Assembly: GCA_965214075.1 (NCBI GenBank)
Contig: OZ243936.1
Span: forward strand, 1,929,797-1,993,796
DNA: 64,000 nt
Source: Phototrophicaceae bacterium
Lineage (GTDB): Bacteria > Chloroflexota > Anaerolineae > Aggregatilineales > Phototrophicaceae
Direction: 5' to 3'
Part shown: in pieces, positions 20,385 to 30,523 of the stretch
How the letters are laid out: every line of letters starts with the position of its first letter
How positions within the stretch are numbered: the first letter of the stretch is position 1
Made by a program: the position numbers and the translations under genes
The notes under the pieces: generated by a model
Told to the model about the DNA's origin: nothing
What the model saw: only the letters and a program-made list of their open reading frames with translations
The model's database searches: none

Positions 20385-21101
20385 TTACGATTCTCGCGTT
20401 TTTTGCGATTCTTGCGAATCGGGCGCGCTTTTTTTGCGCGCCCAGACCTTGTCATAATCTTCCTGCCAGGCTTCATAATCTAGCAAGTATAAGTCGCAAG
20501 CATGGAAAATCTCGGTCAGGCGCGCGCGGCTGAGGGTTCGACCGGGCATCCAGCGCGTATCGACGCGGTTGCTCGTCAACAGCAATCCGCCTGGGCGCAG
20601 CACGCGCGCCAATTCCGCAATCGCCGCTTCGCAGTTGGGGAAGAACTCCAGCGCTTCTAAGCATGTAACCGCGGCGAAGGCGCTATCCGAGAAAGGCAAA
20701 TTCATGGCGTCGCCGCGCGTCAGGGAAATGAACTGCCCAAAGCGCTGCCGCTTGACCTTGACTGCGGCGACTGCGAGCATGTTGTGGCTGTGATCTAGCC
20801 CGATGACATGCCCAGTGAAGCGACCATTGCCAGCCATGAGCAGGGGAAAGCGCCCGCTGCCGGTCGCGACATCCAGAATCAAGGAATCTGCCTGCGCGCT
20901 GCGATCTAAGAGCGGCTCGGCAAGCAGGACTTGGTCCGAAAAATCATCAAATTGCTTGACCCGATCGTAGCGGCTGGCATAGCGGTCATAGAGCCAGACG
21001 ACAACGCGCTTGCCAAGATAAACCCCTTCAGTCTCGATGAGCAGCCACCAGAGCAGGAACCATGCGCTAGCGCCGCCCAGCAGCAGCAAAATAATGCTCA
21101 T
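20385..21101 (-). CDS. class I SAM-dependent methyltransferase with N-terminal TM helix
   Basis: Motif I LDVATGSGRF and post-I/II motifs, with a hydrophobic N-terminus SIILLLLGGASAWFLLWWLLI. Confidence 0.75.
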   Translation of the reverse strand: MSIILLLLGGASAWFLLWWLLIETEGVYLGKRVVVWLYDRYASRYDRVKQFDDFSDQVLLAEPLLDRSAQADSLILDVATGSGRFPLLMAGNGRFTGHVIGLDHSHNMLAVAAVKVKRQRFGQFISLTRGDAMNLPFSDSAFAAVTCLEALEFFPNCEAAIAELARVLRPGGLLLTSNRVDTRWMPGRTLSRARLTEIFHACDLYLLDYEAWQEDYDKVWARKKSAPDSQESQKTRES

Positions 21102-21324
21102 CAGTCGAGTTCACTAAGCTGGGACAGTCCAAGAATGAATTGAAAATAAGTGTGCATTGCGTTTTTCTCGGTTTTGCGCGGCTGACGGTCTGCGGCGAGG
21201 CGACCCGCCGAGCCGCCCAAGCTGTAGGATTCATGGAAATTTGGGCGAGCCGTGTCGAGTCCCTAGAAATCCATCATTAGTTAGATTGGCATTATATTAC
21301 TGGACAAAATTGCCAGCAGCATGC

Positions 21325-23124
21325 TTATGCCTGCGAAAACAGGTCCGCTTCACGGAATTGCATCTCGTAGAGCTTGGCATACAAACCACCTTGCGCCATC
21401 AACTGTTCATGCCGACCCAACTCGATTATGCGGCCCGCGTCAAGCACCGCAATGCGATGCGCGATGCGCACGGTACTCAAGCGGTGGGCGATAATCAGGG
21501 TTGTGCGATTCTGCATCAGCTTGCCCAGGGCGTCTTGGACCAATTGCTCGCTTTCGTTGTCCAGGCTGGAGGTCGCCTCGTCCAGGAGCAAAATGGCTGG
21601 GTCTTTTAGCAAAGCGCGCGCAATGGCGACGCGCTGTCTTTGCCCGCCGCTGAGTTTGACGCCGCGCTCGCCGACAATCGTTTCGTAACCCTTGGGCAGC
21701 GCGCTGATGAAGTCGTGCGCGTTGGCCGAGCGCGCGGCGGCAATCATTTCAGCTTCGTCGGCATCCAGCTTACCGTAAAGGATATTCTCGCGGATACTGC
21801 CGCCAAAGAGCAATGTCTCCTGCGGCACGACGCCGATATGCCCGCGCAGGCTGCTTTGAGTCAAATTGCGAATATCTTGTCCGTCAATCAAAATCGCGCC
21901 AGCCTCTGGGTCGTAAAAGCGTGGAATCAAGTTGAACAAAGTGCTCTTGCCAGCGCCGCTGGGGCCAACAAGCGCGATAATTTCACCGGCGGCGATTTCC
22001 AGATTCACGTTCGACAGCACTTGGTTATCGGCTTCATAGGAAAAGCTGAGCGCTTGTAGTGAGATGCTGCCATTCACTTGAGCCAGTTCTGTCGCGCTTG
22101 CAGAATCTCGGATATCGGGGCGCGTATCGATAATTTGGAAGACGCGCTTGGTCGCGCCCAGGGCTTCTTGGAATTGCGAATACAGGTTTATCAAGCCTGC
22201 CATGCTGCCGGCAACGGTCAAGCCATATATCAGGAAGGCGATCAGCTCGCCCGCGCTCAGCCTGCCATCGAGCACCTCGCGCCCGCCGAACCATAAGATG
22301 AGCGCCAAGCCGCCAAAGGCGAAGAAGCCGATTATAGGACCGAAGATAGAGCGCACGGTGAGCAGCTTAACCGCGGCGCGAAAAGCGACATCGATAGCCT
22401 GGTTGTAGCGTTGAATTTCGAAGTTTTCGCGCGCGAAGCTTTTCACTTCGCGGATGTTTTGAAAGACTTCTTCGGCGACAACGGTTGCGCCGGCAATTTC
22501 GTCCTGGACCCGTGTGCTCATGCGGCGTATTGCCGAACCCAGCACAAAACCCACACCGACAATGAGTGGCATCAGCGCCACGATAAACAGCGTGAGACGC
22601 CAATTGAGCCATAACATGACGGCGATTGCCCCCAGCAATGTCAGCGTTTGCTGCAAGAGGGTGCTGACATTGCCAGTCAATACCGTGCGCACAACGGTGA
22701 CATCGGACGAGATGCGGCTGACCAATTCGCCAACGCGCCGGTCGGAATAAAAACGAATCGAAAGCGATTGCAAATGGGCATAAAGCTCTTGGCGTATGTC
22801 CACGACAATCCGCTCGCCCACATAATTCAAGTTGTAGCTTTCCACGAAGGCGGCAAGGGAACGAACCAAAAAAACCAGCAGCAACAGCAAAGTAATTTCA
22901 TCAAGCAGGCCGAGGTTCGCTTCTTCAAATACCGAATCGACCACGCTGCTGATGACGGCTGGGAAGACCAGGCTCAAGCTGGCGCTGAGCGTCACACCGA
23001 TGATTGCCACAAATAGCCGCAGCTTGTAAGGGCTCAAATATGCAAGCACCCGCCGCCATTGCATCGGCGTATCCGGGACTTCTCTGGCTTCGTGGTCGGG
23101 CGCGCCGCGGCGGATTCGAATCAT
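21325..23124 (-). CDS. ABC exporter, fused permease/ATPase (MsbA-like)
   Basis: Six predicted TM helices followed by Walker A GPSGAGKST, signature LSGGQRQR and Walker B ILLLDEATS. Confidence 0.85.
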   Translation of the reverse strand: MIRIRRGAPDHEAREVPDTPMQWRRVLAYLSPYKLRLFVAIIGVTLSASLSLVFPAVISSVVDSVFEEANLGLLDEITLLLLLVFLVRSLAAFVESYNLNYVGERIVVDIRQELYAHLQSLSIRFYSDRRVGELVSRISSDVTVVRTVLTGNVSTLLQQTLTLLGAIAVMLWLNWRLTLFIVALMPLIVGVGFVLGSAIRRMSTRVQDEIAGATVVAEEVFQNIREVKSFARENFEIQRYNQAIDVAFRAAVKLLTVRSIFGPIIGFFAFGGLALILWFGGREVLDGRLSAGELIAFLIYGLTVAGSMAGLINLYSQFQEALGATKRVFQIIDTRPDIRDSASATELAQVNGSISLQALSFSYEADNQVLSNVNLEIAAGEIIALVGPSGAGKSTLFNLIPRFYDPEAGAILIDGQDIRNLTQSSLRGHIGVVPQETLLFGGSIRENILYGKLDADEAEMIAAARSANAHDFISALPKGYETIVGERGVKLSGGQRQRVAIARALLKDPAILLLDEATSSLDNESEQLVQDALGKLMQNRTTLIIAHRLSTVRIAHRIAVLDAGRIIELGRHEQLMAQGGLYAKLYEMQFREADLFSQA

Positions 23125-23223
23125 GTTCCCTGCTCGGATTATCGTGACCTAGGCTCAACAAATTCCGCCGTTGCCGCGCCGCTGGTTTAATCATGCTCGG
23201 CAGGACGGGGAAGCGTCGATGGT

Positions 23224-23255
23224 TAGGCGGCTAGGCGGCTAGGCGGCTAGGCTAG
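23224..23255. repeat. 8-nt tandem repeat (TAGGCGGC x3 plus partial) spanning the stop codon of the 918-aa gene
   Basis: Read directly. Confidence 0.7.
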
Positions 23256-26003
23256 CGGATTATGGTCTTCGCCGCCGCTGGCGTCGGCATAGTCGCCTTT
23301 GGGATCTGGCGTTGCGCCGGCGGACCTTGCCGCGTCGACTTCATCTTCAGCTTCGATTTCAGTTTCGATGTCTACTTCAATGTCAACTTTGATGTCAATC
23401 ACAGCCCGCTCGTCGGCGCTTTCCGAAAACAGATTGATGTCTGGCGGGGCAGGCAGCTGCGCCGCGACGACTTCTTCTTGTATCGCTGTTGTATCAGTCA
23501 GGACCTGCCATTCTAGCTGCGCGGCTAAAGACAGGCTGTAACCAGAAGGGAAGTCGATTTCAATTTTCTCGGCATTCCTTGTAACGATGACCCCGTGCTG
23601 CGCGATTTTGACTTCTTGCCCCCAGGTGAAGGGTCCGCCAACGCGAACTTTCAGCGGCGACAAGATATGAATGCCAAGCACGTCGGCAAGCAGTTTGAGG
23701 GGAAGGATGCCGCCGATATGGTTGACTTCGCCAAAACCTTGTATTGCTTCCGCGTGATAAAACTGCGACAGGCCTCCCTCGCGCGCCAGCACTTGGGAAA
23801 GGCTGCTTAATACGCGCTTTACCAAGCTTGTCGCTTCTTGCTGAAAGCCGGATTTGACCATGCCTTCGCCGATTAAGGACAAAAAATACATCCAGATGCC
23901 GCCGCCGCCGCGCGCATTGGAGGCGTCGTAATTCGCATCGCGGCGGCTGACCATGGTTATGCCATTGGGGCAGTAAAAATGCGTTTCATCCATCGCCAGC
24001 GCGACCAGCGCCGCCGCGCGCTCTTGCGCCAGCAGCCCAGTCCAGAGCGGCAGCAAGTGATTGATATCCAGACGACTGCTGTCTATTGTCTTGGCATAGA
24101 CTTTATAAACGCGGCTTAGTCCCTCAATTTTTATCGTATCAACATAGGATAGCGCTTGATGAGTAATATAGATGCCCTGGCGGTTATGCCAATCAAATTC
24201 GCCGACATCTGCCTCAATCACACAATTTTCGCCTTTAAGGTCCTTGCCGATGAGCCGCAGCTGTAATCGCGGCACCTGGCTGACACCGCCGACCACCCTC
24301 ACCAAGACGCGGTTCGGCGCAAGCAGCGAGCGCTTGATGATATGCCTTTCGTCGCCCGCGCCGCCGCGCAGCAGCTCTATCGCCTTGCCGCTATGGTGGG
24401 TATCGCGGTCGCGATAGGCATAGCGGCTGCCCTGCCAAAATTCTTCCAGATGCTCTTGCAGGTCCTTCAATTTATTTCGGAATTTATTTTCGGCTGCTTC
24501 GTCTTCCAGTTCGCGCGCAATCGCAGCCAGGGCATCGGCTTCCGAGATTAAATATGCCAGCAAATCGGGCGTCTCCATTTGCCGCACATTCGCGCCTTGC
24601 GCCCAGCCTTGGCTCGCGCCGAAGCTGGGAAAAGCCACATAAGCCATTTGCCGTTCCGATTGCCATTCGGGTAGGCCGTCGCCATCTTGGTCTTCTTGCA
24701 GCCAACGCTCGAAGAATGCAGTCAGCGGAAGAAAAACTTCGCCGAGAAATTCGCGGTCTTCGCGCAAGCTATTATTCAAGTCCTCATTCAAGTCCTCATT
24801 CTGGTCATCGTTCAGGTCATGATTCAATTGAAAGACATTCCATGCCAGCCGCGCTAGCAGCGGCATCATCAAGATCCCCTCAGTTTGCCCAGCTAGACCT
24901 GGCTGTCGGTCAATGAAGCCGCTGTCGTCCTGTGTGGACAAGTAGTTGCGGATGAGCGCCTTAGACCAATCCGGTACGATGCCAGCAGCGGCGCTCGCGG
25001 CGAGATAGACCAGCGTCGGGTCTTGGCCAGCCCAAGTGCGAATGTGGTCGCGGCCATCACCGCGCCGGCTCCAGCCACGGTTGATGGCGCGGTTGGCAAC
25101 CAGCGACGAATGGCTTAAATGACTTAGATTTACAGTTGGCTCCATGCGCGCTTGCAGCAGCAGATTATAGGACAGATCCAGCAGCAGGTCGCAATTATTG
25201 TCGCCGCTATGAATTTGCGGGACAACCAAAGCCAATCCATCAATTTTCTCGAAATAGACATGCCAGGGTCTTGCCAGCCAGTTCATGGCGACGCTATGAG
25301 ATTCGCGCATATCGGTCAAGCCAGCCACCACAAATGGCGCGCGGATTGTCGCGCCCGCGGGCAGCCGCAGCCCGCGACCGAGTTTGGGGCTAGAAATTCT
25401 GCCGCCATAAATATCATGGCTCGCCCCTTCTAGCGCCAGCACCGGGTGGATATTGCCTATCTGCCCTAAATGCAGCGCCAGGCTGTAATCTCCCATGGTC
25501 AAGACATTGAGCTTTTGCTGGCGTCCATTGATGACGACTTGCCCAAATAGCTCTAACTGGAGTTCGACGTCCGCTTCGCTGTGGTTCGTAATTGAAAACT
25601 CGCAGCCGGCGGCGCTTGATTCCATCGCCCAATAGCGCGCCCGCAATGCCAGCCCGGGCCGGATTTCCGCCTCTATTTCCAGGAAATTGGGGGCGAAATG
25701 CCTAAGAACGGGCGGCTGATGATAAGCCTGATATTGATAGACCTGCCGTCCGCCGGCCTGCCACCTGGGTACGATGCTCACTAAATCGGCGCGGCTGCCG
25801 TATTGAGTTTGAAAAGCCAGCGCCGCGCGCTTTTCCCCACCGAGGTCAAGCTTCCAGGCTTGGTCGTCAAGGTAATTCAAGCGGCTCATGCGGGCATCGG
25901 CGGCGATATGAAACTCGAACATCGAAGCGGCGTCAATCTCGTGGCTGCGCATGTTCCGCATACAAGTTAATCCTCTGCTGGCATTAATCGCTTTGACGGT
26001 CAA
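23247..26003 (-). CDS. large hypothetical protein, putative (alpha/alpha)6-barrel glycoside-hydrolase-like (GH63/MGH1-like) with acidic repeat inserts
   Basis: 918-aa ORF. The central and C-terminal region (DGDGLPEW..., ETPDLLAYLISEADALAAIARELEDE..., GGGIWMYFLSLIGEGM) resembles the six-hairpin glycosidase layout by eye only. The start is uncertain (several Met in the first 40 aa). Confidence 0.45.
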   Translation of the reverse strand: MTVKAINASRGLTCMRNMRSHEIDAASMFEFHIAADARMSRLNYLDDQAWKLDLGGEKRAALAFQTQYGSRADLVSIVPRWQAGGRQVYQYQAYHQPPVLRHFAPNFLEIEAEIRPGLALRARYWAMESSAAGCEFSITNHSEADVELQLELFGQVVINGRQQKLNVLTMGDYSLALHLGQIGNIHPVLALEGASHDIYGGRISSPKLGRGLRLPAGATIRAPFVVAGLTDMRESHSVAMNWLARPWHVYFEKIDGLALVVPQIHSGDNNCDLLLDLSYNLLLQARMEPTVNLSHLSHSSLVANRAINRGWSRRGDGRDHIRTWAGQDPTLVYLAASAAAGIVPDWSKALIRNYLSTQDDSGFIDRQPGLAGQTEGILMMPLLARLAWNVFQLNHDLNDDQNEDLNEDLNNSLREDREFLGEVFLPLTAFFERWLQEDQDGDGLPEWQSERQMAYVAFPSFGASQGWAQGANVRQMETPDLLAYLISEADALAAIARELEDEAAENKFRNKLKDLQEHLEEFWQGSRYAYRDRDTHHSGKAIELLRGGAGDERHIIKRSLLAPNRVLVRVVGGVSQVPRLQLRLIGKDLKGENCVIEADVGEFDWHNRQGIYITHQALSYVDTIKIEGLSRVYKVYAKTIDSSRLDINHLLPLWTGLLAQERAAALVALAMDETHFYCPNGITMVSRRDANYDASNARGGGGIWMYFLSLIGEGMVKSGFQQEATSLVKRVLSSLSQVLAREGGLSQFYHAEAIQGFGEVNHIGGILPLKLLADVLGIHILSPLKVRVGGPFTWGQEVKIAQHGVIVTRNAEKIEIDFPSGYSLSLAAQLEWQVLTDTTAIQEEVVAAQLPAPPDINLFSESADERAVIDIKVDIEVDIETEIEAEDEVDAARSAGATPDPKGDYADASGGEDHNPLA
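23340..23399. repeat. in-frame 12-nt minisatellite (5 units) encoding IDIKVDIEVDIETEIEAEDE near the C-terminus of the 918-aa protein
   Basis: Units TTCGATTTCAGT / TTCGATGTCTAC / TTCAATGTCAAC / TTTGATGTCAAT were read directly. Confidence 0.7.
24774..24833. repeat. in-frame 12-nt minisatellite (5 units) encoding NHDLNDDQNEDLNEDLNN inside the 918-aa protein
   Basis: Units ATTCAAGTCCTC x2, ATTCTGGTCATC, GTTCAGGTCATG and ATTCAATTGAAA were read directly. Confidence 0.7.
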
Positions 26004-26061
26004 TCAGATTACGGAAGTTTCGCCCGCATGGTTGCTTGATTTTCGCGAAGGCAACAGGCAA

Positions 26062-26712
26062 TCACTCGACGATTTGCCAAGTTGAGTCAAGCTCGATGAA
26101 GCGGAAGGTATCGCCGTAGAGGCTTTCCACTTGGTGATACCCAGGTCCGGCGATGTATTCCATGTCCTCGCCCAGCGCGCCACCGTGGTGATACTCGTAG
26201 CGCGTGGTATGCCCCAGCTCGTCTTCGACTGCCCAGCCAATCGCAGCGCGGACTTCTAGATTGTCGCGCCAGAGCTTGCCAAAGCCGCGGATTGGCTGTT
26301 GCATGCCTTCGGGCGCGACAATCTCGGGGTCGAATTCGAGATCGCCATCGAAGTAATCATCATCGTAGACCGACCAAAGGTGCTCATCGCTGTCATTGAC
26401 GGTCAGCAGCCAAATCTGCTGATTGGGTTGCAGCCAAAACATCCAGCCTCGTTCAAAGCGCTGTTCGGCGACATAGATTGCGCCAATCACCGGCGTCGGA
26501 AACGGATCAGGCGTGGGGCTGGAGCTTGGGGTCGCCGTTGGCGCGGCTTCGGTGGCGGCTTTGGCAGCCGCGAATGTCGCCGTGATGCTGATGTCGGGGG
26601 TCGCGGTAACAACGATTACACGCTCTGTGACGACCTGTTCCCGACAAGCGGCCAAGGTCGCAAGTGTGGCAAGGGTGGCGATGAGGCAGAACAAGCGTGA
26701 TAAGATTGACAT
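26062..26712 (-). CDS. lipoprotein, function unknown
   Basis: Signal peptide with lipobox-like LATLAAC, a Thr/Ala/Pro linker, then a W/F/D-rich globular domain. It lies 58 nt upstream of the 918-aa gene on the same strand. Confidence 0.6.
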   Translation of the reverse strand: MSILSRLFCLIATLATLATLAACREQVVTERVIVVTATPDISITATFAAAKAATEAAPTATPSSSPTPDPFPTPVIGAIYVAEQRFERGWMFWLQPNQQIWLLTVNDSDEHLWSVYDDDYFDGDLEFDPEIVAPEGMQQPIRGFGKLWRDNLEVRAAIGWAVEDELGHTTRYEYHHGGALGEDMEYIAGPGYHQVESLYGDTFRFIELDSTWQIVE

Positions 26713-26954
26713 ACAGTTGGCTCCATTGCTTGAACAGCGCGACTGATGATGCTATTGTATCAAAGCTATGCCTGGGGGCAAACAGCTCGAGTGTTGGCTT
26801 CATTCGCGCGGACAGCGCGCTTGAAAGCCTAATTGTATTATCGCATGCAAGCGCTATGGTGGCGCGCTGCGGCAATAAATCATGCAAAATATCACGTTGG
26901 AATATCCGCGCATGTCGCCTTGCCATATCGCCTTGCCAAGAAGAAAGATTGCCA

Positions 26955-27281
26955 ATGCCTTTTCGCCCGACAAGCATCACCTTGCGCAAGTCTGAAGAAG
27001 TTCTTGAGATCCTCTGGGATGACGGCTTAAGCAGCCAGTATCCTTTGTCGCAGTTGCGGGAAGCCTGTCCCTGCGTCGAATGCCGCGGCGGGCATGCCAA
27101 GATGGGCATGGCAAACGCGCCTGATGACCTGCTCTCGTTGAAGCCTATGCGCTCCTACACGATTACCGGCATCAGCCCGATTGGTAACTATGCCCTGCAA
27201 CCGCGTTGGGACGACGGCCACGAGACCGGCATCTACACTTGGGAGTACCTGCGTTTGCTTTCGCCGCAGCGCGAGGCATAA
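26955..27281 (+). CDS. DUF971 family protein (gamma-butyrobetaine-hydroxylase N-terminal-like)
   Basis: 108 aa with LEILWDDG...YPLSQLREACPCVECRG and ALQPRWDDGHETGIYTWEYLR, which is typical of DUF971. ATG 26955 was chosen. Confidence 0.65.
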   Translation: MPFRPTSITLRKSEEVLEILWDDGLSSQYPLSQLREACPCVECRGGHAKMGMANAPDDLLSLKPMRSYTITGISPIGNYALQPRWDDGHETGIYTWEYLRLLSPQREA

Positions 27282-27545
27282 TTTGCAAAATTAATAGCGG
27301 TGCGCCCATGCGTCGCGAAGGCTTGTTAGTTTGTGAGAGCGTGACATCCCTGGCTCATTAACTCTGCCCCCGAGCGGATGAGGAATATAAATTGTTCATG
27401 CGCTCCGCATTGATTTCTTAATTCATTTTGATGCCTTTGTCCCGATTGCCATTGGAACCGCACCTGGGCATCAATTTGACAGCCGCCGCCGGCTATTATA
27501 TGCTAAACTATGATAAAGACCTGATTAACCCTGTATACAAAGGAA

Positions 27546-28742
27546 ATGAGAATGAAGATGCTAAGAGCAATTTTAGCGGCATTGATGCTAATCACCGTCG
27601 CGCTGGGCGCGTCGGCGCAGGACGACAGCTTGGTTATTTGGGCGGATGATACGCGCGCGCCGATTCTTGAGGAGCTGGGCGAGCAATTTGAAGAAGAGTT
27701 CGGCATCGCCGTGCGCGTGGACGAGCTGGGCTTCGGCGATATTCGCGACCAATTCAAGACAGCCGCGCCAGCCGGCGAAGGTCCCGATATGATTATCGGC
27801 GCGCACGATTGGCTGGGCGAATTGACTGTCAACGGCTTACTGGCGGAAATTGACGTATCCGATGTCGCGGATCAATTCTTGCCGGCGGCGCTGTCGGCAT
27901 TTGTCTATGAAGGCGTCCAATACGGCTTGCCCTACGCCGCGGAAAATGTCGCATTCCTGCGCAATGTCGACTTGGTGCCAGACAATCCCGAAACCTGGGA
28001 TGACGTGCGCGCGCTCAGCGAGCAGTTGATAGCTGACGGCGCGTCGCAATACGGTTTTATCATGTTCGACAACAATCCCTATCACTTCTTCCCTGTTCAG
28101 AGCGCCTTTGGCGGCTATGTCTTCGGCTTGACGGAAGACGGCTACGACCCGCAAGACATTGGCATCAACAGCGAGGGCTCCATCGCGGCGGCGGCTTTCC
28201 TCGAGGCATTTGGCACGGATGGCTTGATGCCAAGCGGCATCGACTATGACGTGATGCATGCTATGTTCGAAAGCGGCGACGCCGCCATGATTATCACTGG
28301 GCCTTGGGCGATTCCGCGCATCGAAGAATCGGGACTGAACTTTGCGGTTAGCACGATTCCAGCAGGTCCAGGTGGCAGCGGCAAACCTTTCCTCGGCGTC
28401 CAGGGCTTCATGATTAGCTCATTCAGCGAAAATCAACTGCTAGCCGAAGCCTTCCTCTTCGATTACATCGCCACTGACGAAACAATGTCGTCGATTTACA
28501 GCGCCGACCCGCGTCCACCAGCGTTCATGGAAACGCGCGACAGCATAGAAGACGAAATTATGCTGGGCTTCGTCGCGGCGGGTACGGAAGGCTTGGCGAT
28601 GCCGGCTATTCCAGAGATGTCTTCGGTCTGGAGCGCCTGGGGCAATGCCATGCAATTGGTGCGGACTGGCGAACTAAGCGGTGCCGAAGCCTTCGCCAAC
28701 GCGGGCGAACAAATTCGCGCGCTTATCGCAGGCGAGGAATAA
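27546..28742 (+). CDS. sugar ABC transporter substrate-binding protein (maltose/maltodextrin MalE-like)
   Basis: Signal peptide followed by LVIWADDTRAPILEEL..., GPDMIIGAHDWLGEL and GPWAIP motifs in a MalE-like layout. The start could be ATG 27552 or 27558. Confidence 0.82.
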   Translation: MRMKMLRAILAALMLITVALGASAQDDSLVIWADDTRAPILEELGEQFEEEFGIAVRVDELGFGDIRDQFKTAAPAGEGPDMIIGAHDWLGELTVNGLLAEIDVSDVADQFLPAALSAFVYEGVQYGLPYAAENVAFLRNVDLVPDNPETWDDVRALSEQLIADGASQYGFIMFDNNPYHFFPVQSAFGGYVFGLTEDGYDPQDIGINSEGSIAAAAFLEAFGTDGLMPSGIDYDVMHAMFESGDAAMIITGPWAIPRIEESGLNFAVSTIPAGPGGSGKPFLGVQGFMISSFSENQLLAEAFLFDYIATDETMSSIYSADPRPPAFMETRDSIEDEIMLGFVAAGTEGLAMPAIPEMSSVWSAWGNAMQLVRTGELSGAEAFANAGEQIRALIAGEE

Positions 28743-28800
28743 AATGCGCTGCTGTTCACCAGGCACAACAATCAGGCGCAACAACTGAACTGCAATATGA

Positions 28801-28839
28801 CGGGGGAATGACCACGAACGGTTTCCCCCGTTTTTGTTT
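28801..28839 (+). terminator. intrinsic terminator/attenuator after the binding-protein gene
   Basis: Stem GGGGGAA/TTCCCCC followed by GTTTTTGTTT. Confidence 0.6.
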
Positions 28840-28936
28840 CTGGAAGAGGACATTGTGATTAAGACCTTGCTATTATGACACTGCATTGAAATTGAAAGGA
28901 AGGCGGTCTCGTCGCTGATGAGGCGCGCCGCAATTT

Positions 28937-30523
28937 ATGCAAACAGGCACAGAGAGCAGCAAAGCCAAACGTTCGGAATTCAGCGCTCGGTCTATCATGC
29001 GCCTAGCCGCGACTTACCTGGGATTGGCCATTCTCGACGCCATGGCTTTTTTCCTCGTCTATGTCTTTGCGACCGATGGCGTTTGGGAATTGGCCATCAC
29101 CATCGCGGTTATCACATTGATGGTCAATGTCATCAACCTGCGGCAGGGTCTCTATCCCTTGCGCTGGATAGCGCCGGCGCTGGCATTGATGGGGCTGATG
29201 GTGGTTTTCCCAATCATCTACACGGTTTATGTATCCCTGACGAATTACGGCGATGGCAATCTCTTGACCAAGCAGCAGGTGATAAAGCTGCTGGCGCAAG
29301 AGACCTATTTGCCAGAGGGCGGGGCGGTCTATGGCTGGGACCTGTATCAAAATGCCGCTGGCGACTTCGCGCTGTGGCTGACAGACGCCGACGACAATTA
29401 TTTCTTCGCGACGCGGGGCGCTTTCGCGGCGGTGCAGCCGCTATCCGCTGGCGCGGACTTGCCGAGTGAATATCAAGGCTATCGTCAGTTGGACCGCGGC
29501 GAAGCGCTGCGCGCCAGCCGCGCGGCGCAGGACTATGAATTTGGCAGGGATGAGATGCCAATTGGCATCGCGAGCCGCAATCAAGCGGGCGAATTCGCCC
29601 AGCGCTATTTCTACCGCGCCGACGAAGACGCGATAATTGATAACCAGACCGACACGTTATTCTATGCCAATTATGACACCGGGCAATTCGAAAACGAAAA
29701 TGGCGACACCCTGTTGACTGGGTTTATCAGCGTGGTCGGCTTAAAGAATTATATCCGCTTTGTAACAAGCCCCGCCATCAGCGGACCGCTCGCGCGCATA
29801 TTCGCTTGGACGATCGGTTTCTCGCTGGCGAGTGTGGTTTCAACATTTTGCGTCGGGCTGCTCTTCGCCTTGCTGATGCAGAATGAAAGGATCCCTTACC
29901 GCAAAGTCTTCCGCACCTTGCTCATCGTGCCTTATGCGATTCCCGCATTGATTTCGGTCGCCATCTGGAAGGGCATGCTCAATTCCAATCTCGGGGTCAT
30001 CAGCAATGGCATCGCCGCCTTTGGCATCGAGCCGCCGCCCTTCTTCATTGACCCTGGCTGGGCTAAGTTCGGCATCCTCCTAATCAATCTTTGGCTGGGC
30101 TATCCTTATTTCATGCTTGTTTGCAGCGGGGCGCTGGCAGCCATCCCATCAGACATGTACGAAGCAGCCGAGGTCGACGGCGCGACTTGGTGGCAGAAGT
30201 TCTACGCGCTCACCCTGCCCATGCTGCTGGTGGCGGTCGGTCCCTTGATAATTGCTTCTTTTACATTCAATTTCAACAACTTTGTCATCATCGAAGCCTA
30301 TAACGAAGGCGGTCCACCTATGGTCGAATCGGGCACCTTGCCGGCTGGTCATACCGATATTCTGATTAGCTACGCATATAGACTGGCATTTGGCGGCGGC
30401 CGCGGCGCGGACTTCGGCTTGGCTTCCGCCATCACCATCATCATTTTCTTCCTGGTCGCTGGTGTGACGCTGGCGCAATATCGTCTTACCAAGGATTGGG
30501 AGGAGACATCAGAAAATGTCTAA
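28937..30523 (+). CDS. sugar ABC transporter permease, MalF-like with large periplasmic loop
   Basis: 528 aa. EAA-type motif EAAEVDGATWWQKFYALTLP and multiple TM segments. The start could be ATG 28997. Confidence 0.82.
   Translation: MQTGTESSKAKRSEFSARSIMRLAATYLGLAILDAMAFFLVYVFATDGVWELAITIAVITLMVNVINLRQGLYPLRWIAPALALMGLMVVFPIIYTVYVSLTNYGDGNLLTKQQVIKLLAQETYLPEGGAVYGWDLYQNAAGDFALWLTDADDNYFFATRGAFAAVQPLSAGADLPSEYQGYRQLDRGEALRASRAAQDYEFGRDEMPIGIASRNQAGEFAQRYFYRADEDAIIDNQTDTLFYANYDTGQFENENGDTLLTGFISVVGLKNYIRFVTSPAISGPLARIFAWTIGFSLASVVSTFCVGLLFALLMQNERIPYRKVFRTLLIVPYAIPALISVAIWKGMLNSNLGVISNGIAAFGIEPPPFFIDPGWAKFGILLINLWLGYPYFMLVCSGALAAIPSDMYEAAEVDGATWWQKFYALTLPMLLVAVGPLIIASFTFNFNNFVIIEAYNEGGPPMVESGTLPAGHTDILISYAYRLAFGGGRGADFGLASAITIIIFFLVAGVTLAQYRLTKDWEETSENV

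Noticed and set aside
20063-20476. 137-aa ORF upstream of argS.
   Set aside because: Its 5' third overlaps the 3' end of the methyltransferase gene in another frame, and the sequence is Arg/Lys-rich and hairpin-dense. Only a 69-codon remnant could be real. It is kept as a low-interest finding, not as a feature.
21225-21275. tRNA-like fragment (GTCGAGTCCC resembles a T-loop), considered as a possible integration att site.
   Set aside because: The flanking bases do not form a T-stem or acceptor stem, and there is no integrase or mobile gene nearby.
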